From a virus, in the IMG/VR virus record IMGVR_UViG_3300048917_000273, positions 1-57,132 of that record: a DNA stretch of 57,132 bases; one strand, written 5' to 3'. Below, in pieces: positions 32,949 to 41,428 of this stretch. The notes under the pieces were generated by a model. That model did not search any database, was not told the origin of the DNA, and saw nothing but the letters and a program-made list of their open reading frames with translations. Each line of letters opens with the position of its first letter. The stretch's first letter is position 1. The position numbers and the translations under genes were made by a program.

Positions 32949-33556
32949 GCACGCCGCTCACCCGCCGCGCCACCGCCCACTACCGCCGCGCCACCGCTGT
33001 GCAGATCAGCGCCGGGCACCGCTGGTACGTCGAGGCGCACGACGTCGCCGCCGACCAGGCCCAGACGTACGGCGTCACGCTCGAGGTCGCTGCGGGCGTC
33101 ATCGCTGCGACGTCGCCACGTCTGGGCTGGGGTCCGAATGTGATGATCGCTGAGCGCATGCTGATGTCCGGCGGCACGCTGGACCGCGGTGCACTCGGCC
33201 GCTCGCTGGCCCAGGCTCGCCGCATCCACGCTGGCGAGGAGCCGGATGCCGTGCTGCGTGGCCCGAAGACCAACGCGTTCTTCCACGCGATCGTCACTGC
33301 CGGGGCATCGCCGGACCCGGTCATCGACCGGCACGCATGGGACATGCTCGTCGGCGAGCGCGGTGCGACGCCGCCGACCCGGGCGCAGTACCGCGTTGCC
33401 GCCGGGCTCATGCACCGTGCCGCGAAGATCCTCGCCGTCGGCGTGCACGAGATGCAGGCGACGACGTGGCTGGTGCAGCGCCAGCTGTACTGGCAGCCCG
33501 GTGCCTGGGATGGGCGCCGTCAACCGATGCTCGAAGGGAGCGAGTCGTGGGCATGA
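32945..33556 (+). CDS. hypothetical protein
   Basis: ORF 32924..33556 frame, from ATG 32945 (ATGA overlap). Confidence 0.7.
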   Translation: MSTPLTRRATAHYRRATAVQISAGHRWYVEAHDVAADQAQTYGVTLEVAAGVIAATSPRLGWGPNVMIAERMLMSGGTLDRGALGRSLAQARRIHAGEEPDAVLRGPKTNAFFHAIVTAGASPDPVIDRHAWDMLVGERGATPPTRAQYRVAAGLMHRAAKILAVGVHEMQATTWLVQRQLYWQPGAWDGRRQPMLEGSESWA

Positions 33557-33795
33557 GGTCGATCCGCGCTCGACGCCGGAAGTTCGAGCACGCCGCAACG
33601 CAGCTGGGTATCGTCGTCGGTGCCTCGCTGCTGTCCGGTCACACGGTGACGGCGACGTCGGCCGCCGTCGTGAGGAAGCTCAACGAGTATGAGGCCGCCC
33701 GTGCCGCGTACTTCCAGGACGAGTTCCCCGCTCGAGGTCCGGAAGTCGGGCCCGCGTACACCGACGAATTCACCCATTGGAGGGAGAAGCAGTGA
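33553..33795 (+). CDS. hypothetical protein
   Basis: ORF 33337..33795 frame, from ATG 33553 (ATGA overlap). Confidence 0.6.
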   Translation: MRSIRARRRKFEHAATQLGIVVGASLLSGHTVTATSAAVVRKLNEYEAARAAYFQDEFPARGPEVGPAYTDEFTHWREKQ

Positions 33796-34190
33796 AGACG
33801 GAAGATGAGATCGCCGAGCAGACCATCGAGGCTGGTGAATCCCGGCCTGGCTACCGTGTCAGCCGCGCCGGGAACATCATCCTCTCGTACGCCCTGCTCA
33901 AGGAACTGATCGCCGAGGCGGTCACGGTCGACCGCGAGCAGCACTACGTCATCGTGCAGGGTGGCGGCATCCAGGACTCGTCGGTCGGTCTGCGCACGGT
34001 CGACCTGGACTGGATGGACTCGGTCGAGCCGGACGACATACCTGACCTGGATGATCTCATGGAGATGCGCGACATCCTGGATCTCGCGATCTCTGAGTTC
34101 GGCCTGTGGCAGGACGAGCGCAATGAGATCGACAACATCATCGAGGGTGAGTTGCGGATCCACGGTCTCGCCGAGGAGGACTTCCGATGA
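33792..34190 (+). CDS. acidic hypothetical protein
   Basis: ORF 33777..34190 frame. GTG at 33792 with a GGAGGGAGAAG SD and a GTGA overlap. Confidence 0.65.
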   Translation: MKTEDEIAEQTIEAGESRPGYRVSRAGNIILSYALLKELIAEAVTVDREQHYVIVQGGGIQDSSVGLRTVDLDWMDSVEPDDIPDLDDLMEMRDILDLAISEFGLWQDERNEIDNIIEGELRIHGLAEEDFR

Positions 34191-34594
34191 CGGAGGATGA
34201 ACTCAACGAACGGGTGTTCGACACGCTCGTCGCCGACGGGCACAAGGTGCTCGCCGATGAGTACGCCGAGAAGAACGGCGCACCGCATGCCGACCAGCCG
34301 AGCGTGCTCGGCGCCATCACCCGAGCGCAGGCGCGCGCCGCTGAGTACGATGACTCGGCACCGGCGCACTTCAAGAACGGGAACTGGAAGCCGGGCGCGA
34401 CCGAAGAGGTCGAGGCGGCAGGACCGGTGGTCGAGGCGCTGCATGACCTGATCGCCGCGGTCGAGTTCGAGCGGGCACAGATCGTGACCGTCCTGCGCTC
34501 GGCGTTCGGTCGCCGCGCGGAGGGCTCGTTCGACGACGGGAGGATCGCGCTCTCGCAGGAGATCGCAAACATCCTCGGATGGGAGGAGGGCTGA
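34187..34594 (+). CDS. hypothetical protein
   Basis: ORF track, 135 aa, with an ATGA overlap. Confidence 0.75.
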   Translation: MTEDELNERVFDTLVADGHKVLADEYAEKNGAPHADQPSVLGAITRAQARAAEYDDSAPAHFKNGNWKPGATEEVEAAGPVVEALHDLIAAVEFERAQIVTVLRSAFGRRAEGSFDDGRIALSQEIANILGWEEG

Positions 34595-34827
34595 TGTCCC
34601 AAGCTTGGGACGCCGACAATCCACGGTTCACCGTGGAGACGTACGAGGGCATGTTCACCGGCGTGCTCGACCGACAGCGCGACCTGTTCGCTTGGGTCCG
34701 TGAGGCGGTCGGCCATGACGGTCAGCCGACAGCGCAGGGCCGAGCCCAGCGCATGGCCGACCGGCTGAACTCGGGCGAGGACACCACGACCGGGTTCATA
34801 TGGGAGCAGATCCCCGACACGGACTGA
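34594..34827 (+). CDS. hypothetical protein
   Basis: ORF 34579..34827 frame, from ATG 34594 (TGATG overlap, GGGAGGAGGG SD). Confidence 0.7.
   Translation: MSQAWDADNPRFTVETYEGMFTGVLDRQRDLFAWVREAVGHDGQPTAQGRAQRMADRLNSGEDTTTGFIWEQIPDTD
34596..34611. repeat. 16-bp palindrome copy
   Basis: GTCCCAAGCTTGGGAC. It starts at the third base of start codon 34594 and is read as SQAWD. Confidence 0.9.
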
Positions 34828-34885
34828 GGCGCTGTGCGCCCCGTAGGCGCGACAGAATCTCGCACCCTAACAACCACACCAGGAC

Positions 34886-34920
34886 GGTGCCGTTCGCCAC
34901 AGAGCGAGGCGCACGGCACC
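34886..34920 (+). terminator. hairpin after 34594..34827
   Basis: GGTGCCGT-t-CGCC, a 9-nt loop, then GGCG-c-ACGGCACC. Confidence 0.5.
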
Positions 34921-34945
34921 GCTCCGCCTACCTCAAGGAGTATCG

Positions 34946-35137
34946 ATGAGCCAGCAGTTACCCATCCCCGACCCGAGCCCCTACGCCGAGAGCGACATCG
35001 AGCGCGAGATCGGCAACGCGATCGCCATGTGGAACGGCGTCTGCGCCGGGCACGTCGACAATCCGCGTGGCCTGAGCCAGCGCGAGTTCATCGCCGACCG
35101 ACTCTCCCGCCACTTCACGTTCGTGCCGAGGCGCTGA
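34946..35137 (+). CDS. hypothetical protein
   Basis: ORF track, 63 aa, with an AAGGAG SD. Confidence 0.7.
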   Translation: MSQQLPIPDPSPYAESDIEREIGNAIAMWNGVCAGHVDNPRGLSQREFIADRLSRHFTFVPRR

Positions 35138-35403
35138 TGGCACGCGGCAAGCGGATCCCGTGGGATCAGGTCGCGGCCATGGCTCGCCAGGCCGACGGCG
35201 CCTGGCGAGTGCACCCATCGCTCGCCGTCGCCAACGAGCACACCCTGCGCCACGCACGCCGTCGCGTTCCGCAGATGGACCCCCAACCTGACGGCACATT
35301 CGAGTTCGCCCGGGGCGACGTCGCCAAGGATGAACTTGGCCGCCCCATCTTCAGCCTCTTCGTGAGGTTCGTTCGGAAGGAAGACCATGACCAAGACACC
35401 TGA
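35137..35403 (+). CDS. hypothetical protein
   Basis: ORF 34834..35403 frame, from ATG 35137 (TGATG overlap). Confidence 0.65.
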   Translation: MARGKRIPWDQVAAMARQADGAWRVHPSLAVANEHTLRHARRRVPQMDPQPDGTFEFARGDVAKDELGRPIFSLFVRFVRKEDHDQDT

Positions 35404-35668
35404 CGAGTACCCCCTGCCCGACCCTGGCCGGGAGCGCTTCTGGCACGGAGTGCACAACCCGAGCAGCGTGAAGACGCCGCTCACCCTCGAGCTTCGCGAG
35501 CGCACCGTGGCCAACGCCAAGGCTGCTGTCACGTTCTCGAAGCTCATCGCCAAGCAGCCGACGATCGCCGACCCGAAGGCGGTCAAGGAAGCAGCTGACG
35601 AGATCCTCATCCGCGCCGAGCGGGTCGACGACTTCATCGGCATCCTCAAGGAAGGAGAGGCCGCCTGA
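35387..35668 (+). CDS. hypothetical protein
   Basis: ORF track, 93 aa, with a GGAAGGAAG SD. Confidence 0.7.
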   Translation: MTKTPDEYPLPDPGRERFWHGVHNPSSVKTPLTLELRERTVANAKAAVTFSKLIAKQPTIADPKAVKEAADEILIRAERVDDFIGILKEGEAA

Positions 35669-35943
35669 TGCCCACCCAGGATCTGCGCAAGATCACCCTG
35701 CCCAAGACGCTCGACAAGCGCGTGAAGCGGTACGCCGCGAAGCACGGCATGAGCGAGTCTGAGGTCATCCGCACCGCGATGACCCAGTTCGAGGTCGCCC
35801 GCTACCCGGCCGAGAAGCCGGAGATGGTGAGCAAGACCATCTACATCTCACCGCCCGAGTACGGCGCCTTCACCACGAAGGCACGCAAGTCCCACACCAC
35901 CATCCGCCACGCCCTCGAGATCGCCTTGGAGAACCTGCTTTGA
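35668..35943 (+). CDS. ribbon-helix-helix DNA-binding protein (possibly tandem RHH)
   Basis: ORF track, 91 aa. ITLPKTLDKRVKRYAAKHGMSESEVIRTAM is followed by a second similar unit, IYISPPEYGAFTTKARKSHTTIRHALEIAL. Confidence 0.7.
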   Translation: MPTQDLRKITLPKTLDKRVKRYAAKHGMSESEVIRTAMTQFEVARYPAEKPEMVSKTIYISPPEYGAFTTKARKSHTTIRHALEIALENLL

Positions 35944-36242
35944 AGAACATCGTCACCCTCACCATCGCCGGACCCGACGAGGAGCCGGAAGACGGCAGCC
36001 TCGACCTGACGTTCAGCATCGACTCGAAGGGGCCGGACCTGGACGCCGTCGTCGCCCTGACGATGCAGGCGCTGTTCTCCTACCTGGCCACGCACATGCT
36101 GGGCAAGATCGAGGAGACGTCGCCGGGGATCAACGGCGAGATCGCTGACGCGCTGTCCTCGATGAACGCCCGCATCCAGCTGATGGATGCTGTGATCCAC
36201 GCCGCCGAGCCCAGCACGAAGGGCTTCATCCTCGACCTCTGA
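35940..36242 (+). CDS. hypothetical protein
   Basis: ORF track, 100 aa. TTG start with a TTGA overlap. Confidence 0.6.
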   Translation: MKNIVTLTIAGPDEEPEDGSLDLTFSIDSKGPDLDAVVALTMQALFSYLATHMLGKIEETSPGINGEIADALSSMNARIQLMDAVIHAAEPSTKGFILDL

Positions 36243-36243
36243 T

Positions 36244-36259
36244 GTCCCAACCCTGGGAC
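36244..36259 (+). repeat. 16-bp palindrome copy
   Basis: GTCCCAACCCTGGGAC. It lies 1 nt after the stop at 36242 and 6 nt before the terminator hairpin. Confidence 0.9.
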
Positions 36260-36265
36260 AAAGGA

Positions 36266-36304
36266 AGACCCCCGGCAGCCTGGTTCAACCAGGGCCGGGG
36301 GTCT
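36266..36304 (+). terminator. nested GC hairpin ending the first early operon block
   Basis: AGACCCCCGGC-ag-CCTGGTT-c-AACCAGG-GCCGGGGGTCT. Confidence 0.6.
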
Positions 36305-36395
36305 AAGCTGAGAGTGTCCAAGCCCTCACGCCGTTCCGTCGGTAGCAAGTCTACCTTGCGGCGTGGGGCATCCGTCAATCCGCGAGGAGACATCC

Positions 36396-36455
36396 ATGCG
36401 CACATCTAGTGCCACGTCATCCACCTACCCCCAGATCTTGGGGTGCGAGCGATGA
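36396..36455 (+). CDS. 19-codon upstream ORF translationally coupled to the initiator gene
   Basis: GAGGAGA SD followed by ATG 36396 (MRTSSATSSTYPQILGCER). Its TGA overlaps ATG 36452 (ATGA). Confidence 0.35.
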   Translation: MRTSSATSSTYPQILGCER

Positions 36456-37222
36456 GCATCCGCCGCACACGCCTCGCCTTCGAGGACCACTTCACGCAGG
36501 TGCCGAACCAGTGGGTTCGCGATAAGCGGCTTACCCGCAAGGCTCGCGGCCTGCTTGTCGAGCTGATGAGCCACCGTCTCGGGTGGGAGATCACGATCGA
36601 ATCCCTCATCCGTGACGGCATCGAAGGCCGCGACTCCATCCGTTCAGCGATCCAGGAACTCGAGGATGCTGGCTATCTGCATCGAGAGCGCGAGCGCAAC
36701 AGTGACGGAACGCTGGCAGGCACGGACTATGTGATCGTCGATCCATGGAGTGCGGATGAACCTACGTCGGATAATCCTACGCAGGCTAATCCACCCACAA
36801 AGAAGACCATCACTACAGAAGACCATCATCAAGAACTCTCTCGAGTAGCGGATCATTCATCTGCCATCGACGCCGAGTTCGCCGCCATCTGGGAGGCGTG
36901 GCCGAGGAAGGTCGGCAAGGACAGCGCACACAAGCGCTGGTCAGCCATGAGCCCGAGGCTGCGCACCGAGGTGACCTCCATCCTCGTCGAGCACGCCAAC
37001 GTCTACCGGACGTACCCGGCGCAGGAGAAGCAGTTCATCCCGCACCTGGCGACCTGGCTCAACCAGAAGCGCTGGGAGGACGAGACGCCGCAGACGCGCG
37101 CTGCCGACGGCAAGGTCAAGCCGCCGGAGCCGAAGCAGCCTGAGCGCTTCACTCTGCCGCCCGGGCACGTCCGCGTCTACGACGAGGTCACCGGCCAGGT
37201 CATCGGAACGAGGCCCGCATGA
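36452..37222 (+). CDS. replication initiator / helicase-loader-like protein (N-terminal winged helix)
   Basis: ORF 36443..37222 frame, from ATG 36452. wHTH region GRDSIRSAIQELEDAGYLHRERE. C-terminal region FAAIWEAWPRKVGK..IPHLATWLNQKRWEDE. It lies directly upstream of the helicase. Confidence 0.6.
   Translation: MSIRRTRLAFEDHFTQVPNQWVRDKRLTRKARGLLVELMSHRLGWEITIESLIRDGIEGRDSIRSAIQELEDAGYLHRERERNSDGTLAGTDYVIVDPWSADEPTSDNPTQANPPTKKTITTEDHHQELSRVADHSSAIDAEFAAIWEAWPRKVGKDSAHKRWSAMSPRLRTEVTSILVEHANVYRTYPAQEKQFIPHLATWLNQKRWEDETPQTRAADGKVKPPEPKQPERFTLPPGHVRVYDEVTGQVIGTRPA
36802..36828 (+). repeat. direct repeat GAAGACCATCA x2 (16-bp period) in a lower-GC patch of the initiator gene
   Basis: Copies at 36802-36812 and 36818-36828, with neighbouring TAATCC x2. 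Confidence 0.6.
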
Positions 37223-38496
37223 GCACGCTGATGAGCCTGCCTGAGTCGGAGGCCGTGGTCATCGCCGAGATCATCCGCAGCCGTGGCGAGTACCTCGACG
37301 AGTGCGGGCTCACCGACGAGGACTTCACTGTCAACGAAGCTGGCTGGGCGTTCGCCGCCATGGTCCGCATGCAGGCGAAGGGCGAACCGATCGATGCGTT
37401 CTCCGTCGGCCTGCGCGAGCCGCGCGCCGAGGCATGGGTGCTGAAGATCTACGACACCCCGACGTACGCCTCGCACTTCCACACCCACGAGGTGCGGCAG
37501 GCTACCGTGCGGCGCCGACTGCGCGAGGTCGCGGCGACCATCATGCGCGACGTCACCGAGACCGAGGATCCCGAGGGACTCATCGACTCGGCGCGAGCAC
37601 GCATCGACTCGGCCAACGCCGGGATGATGCAGCCGCTGACGTACGTCGGCGACATCATCGACGAGGTCATCGAACAGGCGGGCAACCCGCGCCTGGTCTA
37701 CGCCTCGCCGTGGGCATCCGTCACCGACACACTCGGCGGCGGGTTCCGACCCGGCGCGCTGTACGTCCTGGCCGCCCGGCCCGGCATCGGCAAGTCGGCC
37801 GTCGCCATGCAGATCGCATCGGCGCTCGCCGAGCACGGGCCCGTCGCGTTCTCCTCGCTCGAGATGCCGCGTGAGGAGATCGTCCGGCGCATCATCGCCC
37901 AGCAGAACAAGATGCCGCACCACTTGCTCGAGTCCGGCAAGCCGCTGCCCGACCTGTGGAAGGCGCGCATCGACGGCTGGCAGCAGCAGGCACCGCGCTC
38001 CATGGCGATCGCGATGGATGACCGGGCATCCGTGACGATCGCCGACGTGCGTTCGTTCGCACGGAGCGTCCGGCGTCCGGCCGGTCGCATCGCCGGTGTG
38101 GTCATCGACTACCTGCAGCTGATGGGTGGGCCGAAGGGGCAGTCGCGCTACGAGATCGTCTCGGAGAACAGCCGCCTCTGCAAGGTCATGGCCATGGAAC
38201 TGCACTGCCCGGTGATCATGCTGTCGCAGCTGAACCGCAACAGCGAGAACCGCATCGACCGGCGGCCGGGGCTCGCCGACCTGCGCGACTCCGGCGCGAT
38301 CGAGCAGGACGCCGACGTCGTGATGATGCTGTCGCGTGACCCGAACTGGGAACCGCCGGGACCGGGCATGCCGCCCGAGCCCATGCCGCTCGACCTGGAC
38401 GTGCTCAAGAATCGGCACGGCCCGGCGGGCAACCACACCCTCTACTGGGAGGGATCGCAGATGAGAACGTACGACGCCACGAACACAGAATGGTGA
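37219..38496 (+). CDS. dnaB: DnaB-type replicative helicase
   Basis: ORF track, 425 aa. Motifs: ARPGIGKS (Walker A), SLEM, VVIDYLQLM (Walker B), LSQLNR, DLRDSGAIEQDAD. Confidence 0.9.
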   Translation: MSTLMSLPESEAVVIAEIIRSRGEYLDECGLTDEDFTVNEAGWAFAAMVRMQAKGEPIDAFSVGLREPRAEAWVLKIYDTPTYASHFHTHEVRQATVRRRLREVAATIMRDVTETEDPEGLIDSARARIDSANAGMMQPLTYVGDIIDEVIEQAGNPRLVYASPWASVTDTLGGGFRPGALYVLAARPGIGKSAVAMQIASALAEHGPVAFSSLEMPREEIVRRIIAQQNKMPHHLLESGKPLPDLWKARIDGWQQQAPRSMAIAMDDRASVTIADVRSFARSVRRPAGRIAGVVIDYLQLMGGPKGQSRYEIVSENSRLCKVMAMELHCPVIMLSQLNRNSENRIDRRPGLADLRDSGAIEQDADVVMMLSRDPNWEPPGPGMPPEPMPLDLDVLKNRHGPAGNHTLYWEGSQMRTYDATNTEW

Positions 38497-38502
38497 GGAG
38501 CC

Positions 38503-38817
38503 ATGCCGACATACCAGCCCATCCGGGCCACGAACATCACCCACATCGCGCCGCGCGGCCTCGGCTCTCGGGTCTGTCAGCGCTGCGGCGTGGTCGCGAA
38601 GGATGCCCGCCAGGACCGCGACATCTGTCGTGACTGCTCCGGGACCGAGCGTCTCATCGCACTGTTCGCCGACCACGGCGTCGACGTCGGCACCATCGAG
38701 GATGCCGACTGGGCGCAGATCGAGGCGGCCGCCGGGATGAAGCCGAAGTCCCGCAGCGCAAAGTACAAGGCGATCGCTGAGTCGATCAACGAACGGCGCT
38801 TCCAGGTGGCGTCGTGA
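38503..38817 (+). CDS. zinc-ribbon protein
   Basis: ORF track, 104 aa. CQRCG..CRDCSG. Confidence 0.7.
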   Translation: MPTYQPIRATNITHIAPRGLGSRVCQRCGVVAKDARQDRDICRDCSGTERLIALFADHGVDVGTIEDADWAQIEAAAGMKPKSRSAKYKAIAESINERRFQVAS

Positions 38818-39035
38818 GCCTGCGGCCCGGCCGCCCACAGCTGCACGTCGCCATGCACCCGAAGGTCGACGAGGCGCTGCGCTACGTCGCCGAGGAGACG
38901 GCATCCACGAAGAGCGCCGCGATGGCTCGCGGCGTGATGCTCTACAAGACCCTGCTCGAGATCACCGAACAGGGCGGACTCATCTACGTGATCGAACCAG
39001 ACGGCACCCGCCGCGACATCATCATCCTCGACTGA
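38814..39035 (+). CDS. small RHH-like protein
   Basis: ORF track, 73 aa. GTGA overlap. LHVAMHPKVDEALRYVAEETASTKSAAMARGV. Confidence 0.6.
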   Translation: MSLRPGRPQLHVAMHPKVDEALRYVAEETASTKSAAMARGVMLYKTLLEITEQGGLIYVIEPDGTRRDIIILD

Positions 39036-39049
39036 AGGGAACCCACCAC

Positions 39050-39463
39050 ATGAGCACCAACGACGACAACTTCTTCAACCGCCTCCTCGGCATCCAGTCC
39101 GAGATTAAGCTCGGCATGGACTGCGACGTGGTCATCGGCAAGGACGACTCGTTCTTCGACGAGCACGGCGCACCCGACGGGCGCTTCTACTTCCAGATCC
39201 AGTGCTGGCGGCGCGACACGATCACCGGCAAGATGGGCCTGGGGTACGGCGGCAAGGCGTACCTCTCGCCGCACGCCACGGACAGCGAACTGATCCAGAC
39301 CGCGTTCGGCCTCTACAAGGGCTACTGGGAGCACGAAGCGCGCGAGACGTTCCAGTGGCGCGACCGCCGCCCGTTCGGCCCGCACATCTCAACTGAGGCC
39401 CTGTGGGACGTGGCTCGCCGCGTCGACGTCCGCTCGGCCAAGCATGTCGAGGACAAGGCATGA
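39050..39463 (+). CDS. hypothetical protein
   Basis: ORF track, 137 aa, with a GAAGGGAAC SD block. Confidence 0.75.
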   Translation: MSTNDDNFFNRLLGIQSEIKLGMDCDVVIGKDDSFFDEHGAPDGRFYFQIQCWRRDTITGKMGLGYGGKAYLSPHATDSELIQTAFGLYKGYWEHEARETFQWRDRRPFGPHISTEALWDVARRVDVRSAKHVEDKA

Positions 39464-39753
39464 CGCTCGAAGCGGCGCGCGCCGCCGCCAACGAACGGCT
39501 CGCCGATCCGTGGGTCGCCGACGACTCGGGCATCTTCATGCGAGCCGACCACCTGCGAGCACTGCTGGCCGCCGCCGAGAGGCCCGCGCCGCTCGCCGAC
39601 GCCGACCTGCGCAAGAAGGCGAATAACGCCTACTACGCGATGATCGCCGAAGCTGGGGAGAACGGCGGCTGGTACGGCTTCAGCCACCAGCGCGACGCCT
39701 ACGACCAGGGCTACATGGACGGCCACCGAGCAGCGGAGGAAGCCAATGGCTAG
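39460..39753 (+). CDS. hypothetical protein
   Basis: ORF 39403..39753 frame, from ATG 39460 (ATGA overlap). Confidence 0.65.
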   Translation: MTLEAARAAANERLADPWVADDSGIFMRADHLRALLAAAERPAPLADADLRKKANNAYYAMIAEAGENGGWYGFSHQRDAYDQGYMDGHRAAEEANG

Positions 39754-39928
39754 CGGGCGCGGGCGCGTCGAGGAGCGCACGTATCTCCACACGGAGCGCG
39801 TCTATCTCGACGCCGACGGGAACACCCTCGGCACTAAGCGCATGCATGACGATGCGTGGCAGGGCACAACCAGCACCCGTCATATGAGCGACAGCGAGAT
39901 GGAGGACTGGGGGCTCGCCAATGAATGA
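39746..39928 (+). CDS. hypothetical protein
   Basis: ORF track, 60 aa, with a GGAGGAAG SD. Confidence 0.6.
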   Translation: MASGRGRVEERTYLHTERVYLDADGNTLGTKRMHDDAWQGTTSTRHMSDSEMEDWGLANE

Positions 39929-40136
39929 GGATCTCATCACGGCGATCGTCGTCACGTCTGTGATCCTCGGCGTGATCCTCATCATCGTTGGCATCACGCT
40001 CACCGGGAGCACGAGCGCCCTGCAGGATCGCATCGCCGATGTGCTCGTCATCGGCGGTGGGCTGATGATCGTCATCCCGCTGCTCGCAGTCATCGGGTAC
40101 GGAGTCACGTCGCTCTGGATCGGAGGACTCACGTAG
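39921..40136 (+). CDS. two-pass membrane protein
   Basis: ORF track, 71 aa, with two hydrophobic helices. Confidence 0.7.
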   Translation: MNEDLITAIVVTSVILGVILIIVGITLTGSTSALQDRIADVLVIGGGLMIVIPLLAVIGYGVTSLWIGGLT

Positions 40137-40145
40137 GACAACCAG

Positions 40146-40174
40146 TTGACCTAGTGTGTGGCACACACTAAGAT
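40146..40174 (+). promoter_or_regulatory. promoter with an embedded 19-bp perfect palindrome (operator-like)
   Basis: TTGACC (40146-40151), a 17-nt spacer, then TAAGAT (40169-40174). The spacer is TAGTGTGTG-G-CACACACTA (40152-40170). The intergenic patch is AT-richer than its surroundings. Confidence 0.6.
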
Positions 40175-40203
40175 GTATTACATAAGTCACCGAAGGGAAT
40201 CAG

Positions 40204-40410
40204 ATGACTGAACAGCAGGCACGACAGACGAAGTTCGTCGTCTTCGACGAAGCCAGCACGGACGACGAACGCATGGCAGCCGTGCTCATATCGAAGGATG
40301 CCGAGACCGGCGCACTCAAGGCGCACGTCAAGGCCGGACCCGGCCGCAGCGAGCCCGACCCCGAGATCGTGGCGGCGCTGGTGCAGGCCACGGAGATCGC
40401 GAACTTGTGA
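40204..40410 (+). CDS. hypothetical protein
   Basis: ORF track, 68 aa, with a CGAAGGGAATC SD block. Confidence 0.7.
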   Translation: MTEQQARQTKFVVFDEASTDDERMAAVLISKDAETGALKAHVKAGPGRSEPDPEIVAALVQATEIANL

Positions 40411-40637
40411 TGGCCGACAGCGAACTCACGCGGATCGTGACGGCGAGCGGATGCACCGTCCGCGTCATTGACGGCGACGCCTTCCCCGCCGTCGTCGAAC
40501 AGCACGGCGAGGGCGTCATGCTCACGCTCGACATGGACCAGGACTACGACCACCGGCATGCCGAAGTGTGGCTCGACGAGTCATCGATCGACGCCGTGAT
40601 CGCAGGGCTGACCAAGCACAAGGAGATGTTCATCTGA
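40407..40637 (+). CDS. hypothetical protein
   Basis: ORF track, 76 aa. GTG at 40407 or ATG at 40410. Confidence 0.7.
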   Translation: MMADSELTRIVTASGCTVRVIDGDAFPAVVEQHGEGVMLTLDMDQDYDHRHAEVWLDESSIDAVIAGLTKHKEMFI

Positions 40638-40942
40638 TGCGCCGAGGCACCGCGATCGTCAAGCATCCGACCGAGGATCGACACCACACCGTCGAGGTCG
40701 TGCACATCGAGACGCCGCAGGATCTCGCCGACCTCGCCGCCGACGCCGACTGGCACGGCGGCAAGATGTCGGTCCTCCGCATCAAGGGCGTCCCCACCCA
40801 GGGGTGCATCGCACCCAAGCCGCCGCGCGGCGCAGGCGGCATCCGGTTCATGCCGGGTGCCTACATCACCAAGGACGAAGAGGGGCGCTTCTCGTTCCTC
40901 CGCAACGAAGCGGCATTCGTGCCGCAGGAAGAGACCGCATGA
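40637..40942 (+). CDS. hypothetical protein
   Basis: ORF 40568..40942 frame, from ATG 40637 (TGATG overlap). Confidence 0.65.
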   Translation: MRRGTAIVKHPTEDRHHTVEVVHIETPQDLADLAADADWHGGKMSVLRIKGVPTQGCIAPKPPRGAGGIRFMPGAYITKDEEGRFSFLRNEAAFVPQEETA

Positions 40943-41370
40943 ACATCACCATCCGGGCACTGAAGATGGCGCCCCGCGTGGACGGAGGAGAGACGGACGG
41001 ATCCTTCTTCGCCGTGCTACCCGGCGCTGAGACCTCGGTCGAGATCACAGCCGACGGTATCGAAGACTCCGGCATCCTGACCACCGTGCTCGCTCACACG
41101 TTCGAGACGGCGGCCGCGCTGCGTCATCTTGCCACCGGCGAACTGCAGGCCGAGGGCGAGTGGGTCTCTGTCGACGAGCCGACACCCATGCCGGGCGTGA
41201 CGCCCGACTGGCAGCCCGAGCGTCCCAACCCTGGGACGGATGCCGACGCCAAGGTCGGCATCGACATCGAGGCCGTCGCCGACGCCATCAAGCACGGGCC
41301 GAAGCTCTCCCGCTACGAGCGCGAGTTCCTGACCACCGTCATCACCAGCCACTCCATCGACCGCTCCTGA
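40939..41370 (+). CDS. hypothetical protein
   Basis: ORF 40804..41370 frame, from ATG 40939 (ATGA overlap). Confidence 0.7.
   Translation: MNITIRALKMAPRVDGGETDGSFFAVLPGAETSVEITADGIEDSGILTTVLAHTFETAAALRHLATGELQAEGEWVSVDEPTPMPGVTPDWQPERPNPGTDADAKVGIDIEAVADAIKHGPKLSRYEREFLTTVITSHSIDRS
41222..41237 (+). repeat. 16-bp palindrome copy
   Basis: GTCCCAACCCTGGGAC. Coding, read as RPNPGT. Confidence 0.9.
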
Positions 41371-41380
41371 GAGGAACCCC

Positions 41381-41428
41381 ATGGCCAACGAGACCCTTAT
41401 CACCGTCGTCGGCAACCTGACCGCCTGA
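41381..41428 (+). pseudogene. orphaned 5' end of ssb (15 codons then stop)
   Basis: GAGGAA SD followed by ATG. The MANETLITVVGNLTA-stop peptide matches the first 15 residues of the intact SSB ([15 protein letters not shown]) at 12 of 15 aa. Confidence 0.7.

Noticed and set aside
35154-35167. GATCCC-GT-GGGATC inverted repeat
   Set aside because: It is short, lies inside coding sequence, has different arms and spacing from the 16-bp family, and occurs only once.
36305-36395. Possible tRNA or promoter in the gap after the 36266 hairpin
   Set aside because: I could find no cloverleaf-compatible arms or T-loop consensus and no convincing -35/-10 pair. Only a 5-bp GGTAG/CTACC inverted repeat is present.
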